Source: an uncultured virus (IMG/VR IMGVR_UViG_3300030095_005052)
Lineage: Duplodnaviria > Heunggongvirae > Uroviricota > Caudoviricetes
Direction: 5' to 3' (one strand)
Length of the DNA: 64,000 nucleotides
Virus record (IMG/VR): IMGVR_UViG_3300030095_005052
Below, in pieces: positions 46,386 through 55,842 of the stretch (the first letter of the stretch is position 1; each line of letters starts with the position of its first letter). The notes beneath the pieces were generated by a model, which worked only from the letters and a program-made list of their open reading frames with translations, searched no databases and was not told the DNA's origin. The position numbers were made by a program, and so were the translations under genes.

Positions 46386-48556
46386 TACTCTACCCTCTTA
46401 TCATTTTCAATTGATTGATGTTCCAGTCTCTCTCTCGCCAAGCTCGCTTCAACTTCAAGTTTTGCACTACCGCTTTCAGCATCAGCGGCGATTTGTGCGG
46501 CTGTTTGTTCCATATCCGCAGAAATCTTCTCTCTTTCAATCGCAAGTTTTTGCTCCAGTTCCATAACTTTTAATTGCATTTCTTGCTGTTTAATTTCCAT
46601 CTCAGCCTGTAACTCTTGCATCTTTTCACTATGGTCAATCTGCATTTCTTCACGTTTTATAATTAGCTTATCGTTTTCGATTTTCATCTGCGACTGCATA
46701 AACATTTCGTTTGCGTCTGGTTTTGGTGGCGGTATGTCAGACCCGTCTGGGGCTGGTTGTGTAAAATATTTCTCTGCTTCAACCCCGCCTTCTTTAACTA
46801 AGTCAACGAGTGCAGAATAAACATTTTGACGCGATACAATTGACCCACTGTCAAAACCCATATTTGCCGCAAGTTCTTTTTGAGCATTGAGGACATTTGT
46901 TAAAGCCGACACGCGCATTTCGTCGTTGCCATGACCAAGACCAACCATAACCGTGACGTCGTATTCCGTATTCCAATTCCGTGGATCCATTGGCACCCAT
47001 TGATTATTTAATCGGATTACGCGCTCTTGGTTTTGATGCATTGAAACGCATTTCAATATCTTTTTAAATAAATCTTTTACGCCACCATCAGCAAATAACC
47101 TCCCAATCATTTCGATACGCTGTTGCGACATATTGAGCATTAATTTTACGCCCGTCGCAGTTTGGTTTGGATTTAAAGAATCCTGATCAAGTCCCTGAGA
47201 ATGTTTTGTAACGCCAGTGCGAACTTCTTTTATTTGATCTGCATATTCTAACGCCGATAATACATCTCCGCCTACCGGAGCGGCTGTCATTTCTCTGACC
47301 ATGCCTGGCTGTTTGACGCGTACAATTCCTCCAGGGCGACTATTCAATAAGTCGTCCATATTACACATACCTTCCACCACTTCAGTCCGGTGGTTATTCT
47401 GTAAGTATATGTTGTCGAGTAAATTACGTAGTAAACTTGTTTTTACATCTTGGATCATAAAAGTTTGATCTGCTATCGACATACCAAAAAATCGGTGTGG
47501 CATTGGTATGGGAACAATTGTTGAAAATGGCGGCTCTTCAACTTCTTCTTCATCTAAGATTAGATAACTGCCGGAACCACCAGCTAAGACGCGTATCCAC
47601 TCCGCGATGCCGTCGCCGTTGCGGTCAGCTTTTAAATAACAATCATAAAGCCAAATCTCACGACGTGTTGGGTCATACGAATCTTCGCCTGTATGACTGC
47701 CACCAAAATCAGCGTCGTCAATTTGCTCTCGCAATAATTTTTCAGTTGTAAAATCTTCTTCATCGAGTGTCGGTATTTGATCGACTAAACTTTGCTTATA
47801 TCCGAGGGCAATTAAATCTGAGGCGGTGTAACGAGTTCGACTGGCGACAAAATTAGCTTCATCGAGAGTGCGCGCTTTCCGCTCTATGTAAAAATCTTCC
47901 GGTGCAACTGTCTCGACGACGCAACGTCCTTTTGTTTTTGTACGACGAATTTTTACTGAGTGTCCACTCGAATAAAGAGGTGTTGAAGCGGGAGCCACAT
48001 CGCCGTCGAATAACCCCAGTTCGGCGGACATTTGCTCCTCATAGGAATGCTCAACCGCCTCAACCTCTGGATCAGCTAAAAGAAGTGTTACTTCTTCCAT
48101 GCTCAAATTTTCATACGTCTCAGAAGTGACGTCTTTTTTATTTTCGTAATAAGTTTTAAAAATGCCAATGCCTGAGAGCAAAGCATCTTTAAAACCTTCG
48201 TGCAATAATTGCACTCCAGGGTTATCTTTTAAAAATATATGATTTACATATTTGGTTGCTTGCTCGGCACTTGCCTCGTCTTCAGGGCCGACAGGCGCAA
48301 ACTTTACAACTTCGCCGGAACCCGTGAAGGGTTTTAACAAACTTGGAAGCATTGATTCAACCGTATCCATAACATCAGACGATATTACAGCCGAGCGACC
48401 CTCAACTTCATTACCCATTGGATACGACAAATAATATTCCAGAGCCTTTTCACGTCGACGCTGTAACTCACCGCCGTGATACCCCGCACTTGTGCGAATA
48501 CCCTCGGCAATAAGTGACTTCAGTGTTTCTTTGGTAACCTTTTTACGTTTAGCCAT
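46385..48556 (-). CDS. Portal protein (SU10-type)
   Basis: GNEVEGRSAVISSDVMDTVE, PHRFFGMS, SRPGGIVRVK, VGLGHGN. Confidence 0.9.
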   Translation of the reverse strand: MAKRKKVTKETLKSLIAEGIRTSAGYHGGELQRRREKALEYYLSYPMGNEVEGRSAVISSDVMDTVESMLPSLLKPFTGSGEVVKFAPVGPEDEASAEQATKYVNHIFLKDNPGVQLLHEGFKDALLSGIGIFKTYYENKKDVTSETYENLSMEEVTLLLADPEVEAVEHSYEEQMSAELGLFDGDVAPASTPLYSSGHSVKIRRTKTKGRCVVETVAPEDFYIERKARTLDEANFVASRTRYTASDLIALGYKQSLVDQIPTLDEEDFTTEKLLREQIDDADFGGSHTGEDSYDPTRREIWLYDCYLKADRNGDGIAEWIRVLAGGSGSYLILDEEEVEEPPFSTIVPIPMPHRFFGMSIADQTFMIQDVKTSLLRNLLDNIYLQNNHRTEVVEGMCNMDDLLNSRPGGIVRVKQPGMVREMTAAPVGGDVLSALEYADQIKEVRTGVTKHSQGLDQDSLNPNQTATGVKLMLNMSQQRIEMIGRLFADGGVKDLFKKILKCVSMHQNQERVIRLNNQWVPMDPRNWNTEYDVTVMVGLGHGNDEMRVSALTNVLNAQKELAANMGFDSGSIVSRQNVYSALVDLVKEGGVEAEKYFTQPAPDGSDIPPPKPDANEMFMQSQMKIENDKLIIKREEMQIDHSEKMQELQAEMEIKQQEMQLKVMELEQKLAIEREKISADMEQTAAQIAADAESGSAKLEVEASLARERLEHQSIENDKRVE

Positions 48557-48781
48557 TTAACCTACTAACTGAGCCGCCGCTTTTGCCGCTTCTTTTGAGT
48601 AAGGGCCGTGATCGACAATATTTCCGTCATTGTCAGCCAACGCCCACTTTCCGAAATGTAAATGTTTAGGGGTTAATACTCCTACCACGCTTGAAGCATC
48701 TTTTTTTTCATCTAGACGCCGTTCAAGCGCGTCTACTCTTTTCAACAATTCTTGGTATGCAACTTCTAATCTAATTGACAT
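48557..48781 (-). CDS. Hypothetical protein
   Basis: AAGGA RBS; abuts the portal gene. Confidence 0.6.
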   Translation of the reverse strand: MSIRLEVAYQELLKRVDALERRLDEKKDASSVVGVLTPKHLHFGKWALADNDGNIVDHGPYSKEAAKAAAQLVG

Positions 48782-48842
48782 TTGGGGGTTCCTTTTTAGT
48801 TAAATTTTTGGTATAATTTGGGTTCAAAAAAAGAGGTTTAAA

Positions 48843-49037
48843 ATGATTAAAACAACAGACGAATTAGACGCTTTTATTCAAGATGTGATAGTGCGTGTTT
48901 GGGACATCCACGAAATGGAAGCCTACGGTGGAGAGCCTGATTTTCCTATTCCATCCCATAAACCGGAAAGTCAAATTATGTTAGGTCAACTTACTGATTT
49001 AATTGAAGAGGCAATTGGTGTTACCGACGACGATTAA
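48843..49037 (+). CDS. 64-aa acidic protein convergent on 49021-50607
   Basis: TGGTATAAT extended -10 and GAGGT RBS. Confidence 0.65.
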   Translation: MIKTTDELDAFIQDVIVRVWDIHEMEAYGGEPDFPIPSHKPESQIMLGQLTDLIEEAIGVTDDD

Positions 49038-50607
49038 AACTATCAAGCAACCCTGATCTTAATATATTTTCCCGCTCTAACATTAAATTATCAACTTGCT
49101 CTGGCCCAAAAAACTGAGCCGCTCCTGGTTTGCCAGAGGCATCAAATAGTCCAGGTGATTTCCTCAATTCATAAACATCTTGTTTTATTGGTACACCCGC
49201 TTTTCGTCGTGCCTTTGACCAATCAGAAAACACACTCGACATTGGTAACGGAACGTCAAAACCACCCATGTAATTTTGCGCCCCTACTGCACTTGGGTCA
49301 CCCCCAAAAACAATGTCGTAGTCGTAAGTATTGTTAGGCGTTGGCAGTGAGCTTGTCGGCCTAATTGTAGCACCACCAGACATATCAATTACACTTTGAC
49401 CCACCGATGGATCAGTGCTTCCCCTAATTAAATTCTTTAGATCAGGATCAGTAATTGCGTGTCTCAATTGTAAAACATCGGGGGCTGTATTTAATTTTCT
49501 GAAATCACTATTATCCATGACTTCCATTAACATTTTTCTAGTTGCTGGGTATCTACCAAAAAATTCATGGGCGTCGGGATGATTAATACCTGGAAACTTT
49601 TCAATTTTTGCGTCAGCTTGTTTTGTTACGTCGTTTACATTTTTTATACGCGACCGAATTTCTTTATTTAATCGCTGTTCAACTGTACTTGTAAAAGGTT
49701 TACTTACCTCTTTTACCCTAAAAAATAAGTCAACTGTTTGCATGGAATAGTCGCCACCAGTGCCAGCGTATGGGGCAAAAACACCTACTGGTTTACCGCC
49801 AGCTTCTTCAATCTTTTTTACGTGACCCTTCATAGTTTGTAATGCGCTTAAAGCGGAACCCCAATCTCCAGTTCCTCCATGACGAGAATAATTTTTTCCA
49901 GCGTGCGCTGTAAGTGGTGTTAATAGACCTTGGCCCCCGACTGCATCAATAATTTGGTTGCCAGACCGATCTCCCGTTATAGGGAATACCGTTGTACCTT
50001 CTAAATCTTCGGGTGTAATAAATTTTCTTGGTGCAAGATTTGGGTTTGGTCTTATAATTAAACCTTCATCAAGACTTTTCAAATAATCTTCGTCAACTTT
50101 TAAATTTTTAGAATAAGGAGACGGTACACCGAGCTTTTGTCCTCTTTTACCCGTCGGAGCAACATTGCTTTCTAATGCGCCACGCGTTTCTAATTCTTTT
50201 TTTACATCCGGTAATAATTCACCCTTTTTATCTACTCCAGCCCCAGCCGGAGAATATATAGTCGGGCCACCGTTGTGACCAATAGGTGGCGTATTTCTTA
50301 ATCCCCTTTTTACACCTTCTCTTATACCAGCGACTGTTCCTGGCACTGGTATCATTGCGATACCCGCACCCGCCATGCCTAACTTTGCAAGCGCATCTAA
50401 ATAATCACCGCGACCAAATGCCTCACCGGATGCGCGGCTGTCGTTGACTATTCCTTTTATGTCAGCCTGTGGGCCGACTATATCTGCGCCACCTAATAAG
50501 CCAGTTTTCATTTGTTGATATGTCGGCACATTTAACCCAAGGCGTCGACCAACATCAATAGGATCAGGGATACGATAACCGTATAATTTATCTAATAAAC
50601 CCGCCAT
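49021..50607 (-). CDS. MAGLLD-leader protein with a hydrophobic helix and an unknown globular domain
   Basis: Long ORF with GAGG RBS. Confidence 0.7.
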   Translation of the reverse strand: MAGLLDKLYGYRIPDPIDVGRRLGLNVPTYQQMKTGLLGGADIVGPQADIKGIVNDSRASGEAFGRGDYLDALAKLGMAGAGIAMIPVPGTVAGIREGVKRGLRNTPPIGHNGGPTIYSPAGAGVDKKGELLPDVKKELETRGALESNVAPTGKRGQKLGVPSPYSKNLKVDEDYLKSLDEGLIIRPNPNLAPRKFITPEDLEGTTVFPITGDRSGNQIIDAVGGQGLLTPLTAHAGKNYSRHGGTGDWGSALSALQTMKGHVKKIEEAGGKPVGVFAPYAGTGGDYSMQTVDLFFRVKEVSKPFTSTVEQRLNKEIRSRIKNVNDVTKQADAKIEKFPGINHPDAHEFFGRYPATRKMLMEVMDNSDFRKLNTAPDVLQLRHAITDPDLKNLIRGSTDPSVGQSVIDMSGGATIRPTSSLPTPNNTYDYDIVFGGDPSAVGAQNYMGGFDVPLPMSSVFSDWSKARRKAGVPIKQDVYELRKSPGLFDASGKPGAAQFFGPEQVDNLMLERENILRSGLLDSFNRRR

Positions 50608-50617
50608 GTAATCCTCA

Positions 50618-52060
50618 TTATATAAATGGTACGCCAGAGTTTATTTCTTGCTGGTACTTATTTTTATTTCTTTGTAATACTTTCACACGATCCAACACGT
50701 CTTGATCCCAAGTGACGTAGTTTCGGGTTCTACCGTCTACAATATCTATTGCACCCGGCTCATCTGCCCAATTTTGCAAGAGTTTTTTTGCTGATGTCTG
50801 ATCGGATGTATCTAATTTTTGCAGTTCTTTTTTTGCAATATCTTTTGTAAGTTCATTGATTGCTTTTTTAAAATTGCCATCACTTAAAATTAAAAAATTT
50901 GATGCAATATTTTCATTTGCATACTTACCAATGTCTTCTCCCATAACAGTAACTTTTTTATCTCTACCTCTGCTTAGACCGTCAGAGTATCTATTGCCGG
51001 GAATGCCAGCCTTACGAAAAACCTCTGCCGCAAAATCGCCACCCATAATAGAATCTATTGTACCCATTAACTGTTCGCCAGTGACATTTGGGCCAAACAT
51101 TGCATCCCAATTACCGCCAAGGTCATCAAAAGCGTTTTCTGGCAATTGGTCTTTTATTTTTTCTAATGCGTTTTTTATATGTTGTGATTGCTCACTTAAT
51201 GGCGCATCTAGGTCAATATATTTTGCAATATCTTCGTCTGGAATCTCTATTTTGTATAATTGTCCTTCTGGAACCTTATCATCTGGCCCCGCTTTTCTCA
51301 TCAATTTTGGGTCAATTGATTGCAACAACCCAATGTGATTATCAAGGTTTTGCACTTCAACGATATGCTGACTTCGACCTTCTCTTCCTTCCGCTTTAGC
51401 GAGTTCAACTAAATTATTTTTTCTTCTTAAAGTACTGTTGATTTTATTTTGTATAACAACAGTAGGGTCTAAACTTTCGCTTATGGCTTCATTATATATA
51501 TTATTTGCCATACCCTCTTGCGGTGTGAAATCTGTCCCCCTTCGAGTTGTTTCATTTATAGTCACGCCTCTAGGTATTGGCCTCCCACCATACGTCATTG
51601 TCGGTGCAATTGGACTTAACATTTCTTTATAAGAGTTTGCAACGACAGGCTCTTGCGCGGCATAAAAACCTTGCCCCTTTGCCGCATTACCCTCACCTGC
51701 TCCTATCTTATCCAAGCGAGGCCGTCCTTGTGGAAACCCTGGCTCGGCTTCCCATTTGTTAGGGCCACCGTGATAAAGATTCATTCCCACAGTCGATGAA
51801 GGTCGGGCTGGAGATAATAAGCTCGGCAAACTAATCGTACCAGCCGCATCAAAGACACTTTTATAAGCTGGGTGAGTTACAGGTGCATTAGCTGGCAGTC
51901 TCATTGCCGTGCCTAAATTATCAAAACTTTTTGCCGCATCGATCAGCAGACCTGGGTAGGTCATTTGACCCCGTCCCGTTTTATCATAGCCGTAGGGATA
52001 AAAACTTCCCCTACTCACTATATTTGGGTCAGGTGCCATTAAATCTAATAAACCCGCCAT
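50618..52060 (-). CDS. MAGLLD-leader protein with a polyvalent-protein ADP-ribosyltransferase-like domain
   Basis: LYHGG...IGAGEG...GQGFY, GIPGNRYSDG, RNYVTWD. Confidence 0.6.
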   Translation of the reverse strand: MAGLLDLMAPDPNIVSRGSFYPYGYDKTGRGQMTYPGLLIDAAKSFDNLGTAMRLPANAPVTHPAYKSVFDAAGTISLPSLLSPARPSSTVGMNLYHGGPNKWEAEPGFPQGRPRLDKIGAGEGNAAKGQGFYAAQEPVVANSYKEMLSPIAPTMTYGGRPIPRGVTINETTRRGTDFTPQEGMANNIYNEAISESLDPTVVIQNKINSTLRRKNNLVELAKAEGREGRSQHIVEVQNLDNHIGLLQSIDPKLMRKAGPDDKVPEGQLYKIEIPDEDIAKYIDLDAPLSEQSQHIKNALEKIKDQLPENAFDDLGGNWDAMFGPNVTGEQLMGTIDSIMGGDFAAEVFRKAGIPGNRYSDGLSRGRDKKVTVMGEDIGKYANENIASNFLILSDGNFKKAINELTKDIAKKELQKLDTSDQTSAKKLLQNWADEPGAIDIVDGRTRNYVTWDQDVLDRVKVLQRNKNKYQQEINSGVPFI

Positions 52061-52103
52061 AAAAACACCCTAAAAATAATATCAATAAATATGATATTCG
52101 CTA

Positions 52104-52134
52104 TTGACTAATTGTGACAAGTCACTATTATACT
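52104..52134 (+). promoter_or_regulatory. Moron promoter with a GTGACAAGTCAC palindrome
   Basis: TTGACT...TATTAT/TATACT. Confidence 0.55.
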
Positions 52135-52165
52135 CCTATAAACGAAACACTTAGGAGAGCGAATA

Positions 52166-52615
52166 ATGTTAGATCAAATAAATAAAGCCTTCGCAGAATT
52201 AGATGCTCAAATGCTTGAGCGTCAAACTGCTTGGGCATTGGAGCGTTGTGATGCTGTTAGGGCATTAGATCGCAAAACTTTTGATGGTGATCATTTAAGT
52301 TGGCGTCGAAAACAAATTGACTTGGCTGGTGGTGTTAAATGGCACAAACAAATTATGTATACCAGCCGCGCCATGCTTACAGAATATGTTGCAAAAAATG
52401 TTGCCGCTACAATCGACAGTCGTAACAGCAGAATTATAACTGCCCTAAATAAAAAAGGTGTTACTGAAATTCCAGAATTTATTTTAAGCCACCACAGCGA
52501 CGGTTATGAAGGCAGTTTTAAAGTAGCCGGACACCTTGTAACAATCCTCACCGTTTTAGCTGGTGGTTACAACATTCAATGTCTTCACCAGCGCACAATT
52601 GTAAAAGTAAATTAA
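52166..52615 (+). CDS. Moron, hypothetical protein
   Basis: AGGAG RBS; AGGYNIQCLHQR C-terminus. Confidence 0.75.
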   Translation: MLDQINKAFAELDAQMLERQTAWALERCDAVRALDRKTFDGDHLSWRRKQIDLAGGVKWHKQIMYTSRAMLTEYVAKNVAATIDSRNSRIITALNKKGVTEIPEFILSHHSDGYEGSFKVAGHLVTILTVLAGGYNIQCLHQRTIVKVN

Positions 52616-52669
52616 TAAATGGGGGTTAACACCCCCGCCACCCCTTTAAACAAATAGGAGATCGACAAA

Positions 52670-53023
52670 ATGACTTCACCAACAGAACTCAAAATGACCT
52701 TACCAACAGAAATGATGGACGCTTGCCCTTTTGATAATATTTTTGTTTGTTCTGATATTGATGAACAAACAAATGAAAAAATCTGGTTAATTAAAATTCC
52801 ATTGATGAGGGGGTCAGATTGCCTCACTGTAAATAAAAAATTTACATCACGTTTTAGCGCAGAAATTTGGGGTGCCAAAAATTTAACTGTTCAAGCACTT
52901 GTAACTTTTGTTCTTGAATCAAATGATTTTCAAGAACGAATTTTTAACTGTTGGCCCCCTTTTGAAGACGATCGTGGGATTGATTTAGACGTTTTGCTTT
53001 GTTCCTCCAGAATAGACACTTAA
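52670..53023 (+). CDS. Moron, hypothetical protein
   Basis: AGGAG RBS; N-terminal 8-aa duplication. Confidence 0.6.
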   Translation: MTSPTELKMTLPTEMMDACPFDNIFVCSDIDEQTNEKIWLIKIPLMRGSDCLTVNKKFTSRFSAEIWGAKNLTVQALVTFVLESNDFQERIFNCWPPFEDDRGIDLDVLLCSSRIDT

Positions 53024-53039
53024 TAATAATCAACCAAAA

Positions 53040-53068
53040 TAACCCCCCTCACTCAATTGGGGGGTTAA
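53040..53068. terminator. Hairpin between convergent transcription units
   Basis: TAACCCCCC...GGGGGGTTA. Confidence 0.55.
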
Positions 53069-53166
53069 TAATTTTAACCTTACATCTTTTACAAACTAAG
53101 ACCCTGTCCTCAGTGCCAACGTCAATTTTATGCCACATAAAATAACAATAAATACTGCAACAAAAA

Positions 53167-54486
53167 TTAGACAAATTGGTTACTGTTTGGGTAATCCAAT
53201 TTAGACTTCCACGGCTTACGGTATGCACCAAACGACGCCATGCCTTCACGGTATCCGACACAAAGATAACGCATTGCATCGGCAAAATGCGAGTTATCGT
53301 CATGTAGAGGTAAACCAGACGTCTCTTTAACGCGATAATTTTTTAATGCCTTCAACAAGTCATGGCAATGAGTAGAGCTAATCCAAACACGAGGTAGTAA
53401 AGCGCGTACTGCTTCAATCCCTTCGGCAACTTTTCGCATAGGGACAATGGTAGGATTGATACCAAGTTGACGGAGTATGTCAGAGCGGCGTTGTGCAGTT
53501 GCCCCAAGTATTCTGGTATCCGTGTCGTGAGGAAATAAATGATCACCATAACTATACCCTTTATCAAATGCTCGTTGTTGCAATACCTGGACGTAGTGTG
53601 CGAGACCCTCACCGGATGCCTGATAATCGTCAACGATCCTTATTTGTGATCCAGACGTCTCTTGCCAAAATATAACCGTTGTCTTGTCTCGGACACCTAA
53701 ATCCCAGCTTGTGTTTACAAGTAAATTTTCGTCGTGTGGTACGTTTCCGATGCGCTCTTCATGCTCGGCTTTAGCGAGTTGCTCGGCGTAGTACGCGCCC
53801 GTGATTGAGGCCGTCCAGTCGCACTCCATTTCCTGACGATATATATTATCGGATAACTGCTCTTTCAGTTCGTCGAGTTCTTCCTGCGGCAGTACATTCG
53901 TCTTACTCGCTGGGAATAAACAGGCAAACCACTTTGAGTTTCCGGCGTCCATTTCGGCCTTTGCTTGATCGTAGATGGCCTTAAATGCGTCGTCGCCCTT
54001 TGGCGTCCCTATCCATAAAACTTTGCCCTGGCGGTCTGCAATAGCTGGCCTAACGATGGACGGAAACACCTTTGCGCTGATGTCTGCATACTCATCAAAA
54101 ATTACGGCGTCTAAAAATAAGCCTCGGATTTGTTCCGACGAATCATTAGAGCCTGATAGTAGATGTATTGTAATCCGCCCAGTCGGGTGGGGTATTTCGA
54201 CCCTGAGTTTAGCGGCGTTATATTTAACCCCTGGGAACATCTCTGTAGCGTCTTTTACGTACTGAAATGCGACCTTCTCAGCCTGACTAAAGGTTGGTGC
54301 TATATAAGCCCCCTGCGGGTTCTTGTGGGGGCATTCAAACAGCGATCTAACGAGCCAGTGTATCGCCATATACGTCTTGCCAAAACGACGATGCATGACG
54401 CAAACATTATAGCGCGTGGCGTTGTCGTGGAATTTCTTTTGTAGCGGCCTCGGTGTATAGGGGACGATTATTTTTTTAGGGGGCAT
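53167..54486 (-). CDS. terL: Terminase large subunit (B)
   Basis: HRRFGKT, FDEYA, GTPKG, WDLG, SHFADAMRY. Confidence 0.93.
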   Translation of the reverse strand: MPPKKIIVPYTPRPLQKKFHDNATRYNVCVMHRRFGKTYMAIHWLVRSLFECPHKNPQGAYIAPTFSQAEKVAFQYVKDATEMFPGVKYNAAKLRVEIPHPTGRITIHLLSGSNDSSEQIRGLFLDAVIFDEYADISAKVFPSIVRPAIADRQGKVLWIGTPKGDDAFKAIYDQAKAEMDAGNSKWFACLFPASKTNVLPQEELDELKEQLSDNIYRQEMECDWTASITGAYYAEQLAKAEHEERIGNVPHDENLLVNTSWDLGVRDKTTVIFWQETSGSQIRIVDDYQASGEGLAHYVQVLQQRAFDKGYSYGDHLFPHDTDTRILGATAQRRSDILRQLGINPTIVPMRKVAEGIEAVRALLPRVWISSTHCHDLLKALKNYRVKETSGLPLHDDNSHFADAMRYLCVGYREGMASFGAYRKPWKSKLDYPNSNQFV

Positions 54487-54497
54487 ATGGCACCAAT

Positions 54498-54599
54498 TTA
54501 CTTACCCTTTTTTTTACCCATAATTTTTTTTACACCCTTTTTATTTTTTTTGGGTGGGCGTCCTACATTTTTTCCGTATGTTCCTTTTCCTTGTGGCAT
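54498..54599 (-). CDS. 33-aa Lys-rich peptide with a GRP (AT-hook-like) core
   Basis: MPQGKGTYGKNVGRPPKKNKKG...; AAGGA RBS. Confidence 0.65.
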   Translation of the reverse strand: MPQGKGTYGKNVGRPPKKNKKGVKKIMGKKKGK

Positions 54600-54709
54600 T
54601 TATTTTCCTTTCCGAAAATTTGTGTGTTCTGCCTGTTTGTATCCTACCATCATCATCGCCGAGCCGTGGCCCCAGGGCGGTGCGGCCTCGGATAAAGGGG
54701 GGTGCCTTT

Positions 54710-54764
54710 TTGTCGCATAATGTACAGTATGGTATATAGGTTTTTGTTTGTTATCAATGACTTA
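54710..54764 (+). promoter_or_regulatory. dif-like XerCD site plus IHF consensus
   Basis: 20/28 match to E. coli dif; TATCAA-TGAC-TTA at 54752. Confidence 0.55.
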
Positions 54765-54843
54765 ACATTTATTGGAGTATTATTGACGTTATTTTATGCT
54801 AAAAACACAAGATGTTGTGTCTAACATCTGCCCGATCCAACGC

Positions 54844-55317
54844 TCAGTTAAGGCTAGATTTCCCTGATTTCGCGCGCGAAACTTGCGTTTGACGTCCGTC
54901 AAATGCGGGTTCATTTGCCACGCTCTCACTATCATCAGCCCAAGCAATTGTGTAGCTTCCTATCGTACCTTTGACTTCGACTGATTGTTTACTTTCAGCT
55001 TTTAATACTGGTATTAACTTCTCAGCTTTCCATCGATAATGATTTAACATCTTGTCAGCTTTGATTACTTCGTCTCTCGTCGTTGCTACTCGGATCAACG
55101 TCTCGCTCTCTTGCAGTAACGTCTCAACATTCTGTATCAATGCTTGTTTGTAATCTTCAGCTAGTTCTTTATCAGCTTGACGCCATCGCCAGAAATTACT
55201 TTGATCTGGGAAACCATCGCGACCATTACAAATATCCTTTAGAAATTCTCCGTCACCAAACCTCAAAAGGATTTGCTTGCAGATTTCCGCATTTTTCTTA
55301 GCCAACGTAATCTCCAT
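54844..55317 (-). CDS. terS: Terminase small subunit (Sf6-like)
   Basis: ICKQILLRFGDGEFLKDIC...FPDQSNFWRW...RWKAEKL. Confidence 0.75.
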   Translation of the reverse strand: MEITLAKKNAEICKQILLRFGDGEFLKDICNGRDGFPDQSNFWRWRQADKELAEDYKQALIQNVETLLQESETLIRVATTRDEVIKADKMLNHYRWKAEKLIPVLKAESKQSVEVKGTIGSYTIAWADDSESVANEPAFDGRQTQVSRAKSGKSSLN

Positions 55318-55352
55318 AAAAAAATCCTCGGTCTAATTTTAGACACAAGGAT
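55318..55352 (-). terminator. tR'-like terminator before terS
   Basis: ATCCTTG-TGTCTAAAATTAGAC-CGAGGAT followed by a T run. Confidence 0.6.
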
Positions 55353-55389
55353 ACACGCAATATTTTAAAGGAATACCGGACTATGTCTA

Positions 55390-55418
55390 CTTATCATTCA
55401 ACAAATATTAGTTCGCAA
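55390..55418 (-). promoter_or_regulatory. PR'-like late promoter (B)
   Basis: TTGCGA-N17-GATAAG. Confidence 0.5.
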
Positions 55419-55433
55419 AATAACATATTGTTT

Positions 55434-55842
55434 TTATTCATATAATTTTATTATGTCCTCGAATTTAGTGTAGTCCATGTGGTCACCATCAACGATGCAG
55501 TTGATTACATGGTTTAAATCACGATACCCAAACCGCCTCATTATTNNNNNNNNNNAAATACTTCCGCACATAAGCTGGCTCATCAACCTCATCAACAAAG
55601 TTAGATCGACCATTTGGAACGTCGATAGATTTGTAATCCAATATCTTTACCGATACATCACTTCTCAAATACGAGACAGCTTTTCGTATCTCCATGACCG
55701 CATCTTCTAAAACATTGTTTAAAAGATTATCTTCAACCCATTTTTGTATTATATCCTGACGTACTTTTGCCAGCGTCTGCTGAGTTGCAAACTGCCAGTC
55801 TTTTGACTGCTCACTAACATCAATATAATCTTCGTCACTCAC
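55434..55842 (-). CDS. Q-position regulator (B), spanning the N gap
   Basis: After the gap the frame reads IMRRFGYRDLNHVINCIVDGD, matching the C-terminus of 16279-16692. Confidence 0.65.
55546..55555. other. Scaffold gap (10 N)
   Basis: N run. Confidence 0.99.

Noticed and set aside
55546..55555. N gap as a mis-join or pseudogene
   Set aside because: Both sides encode consecutive parts of one protein homologous to 16279-16692.
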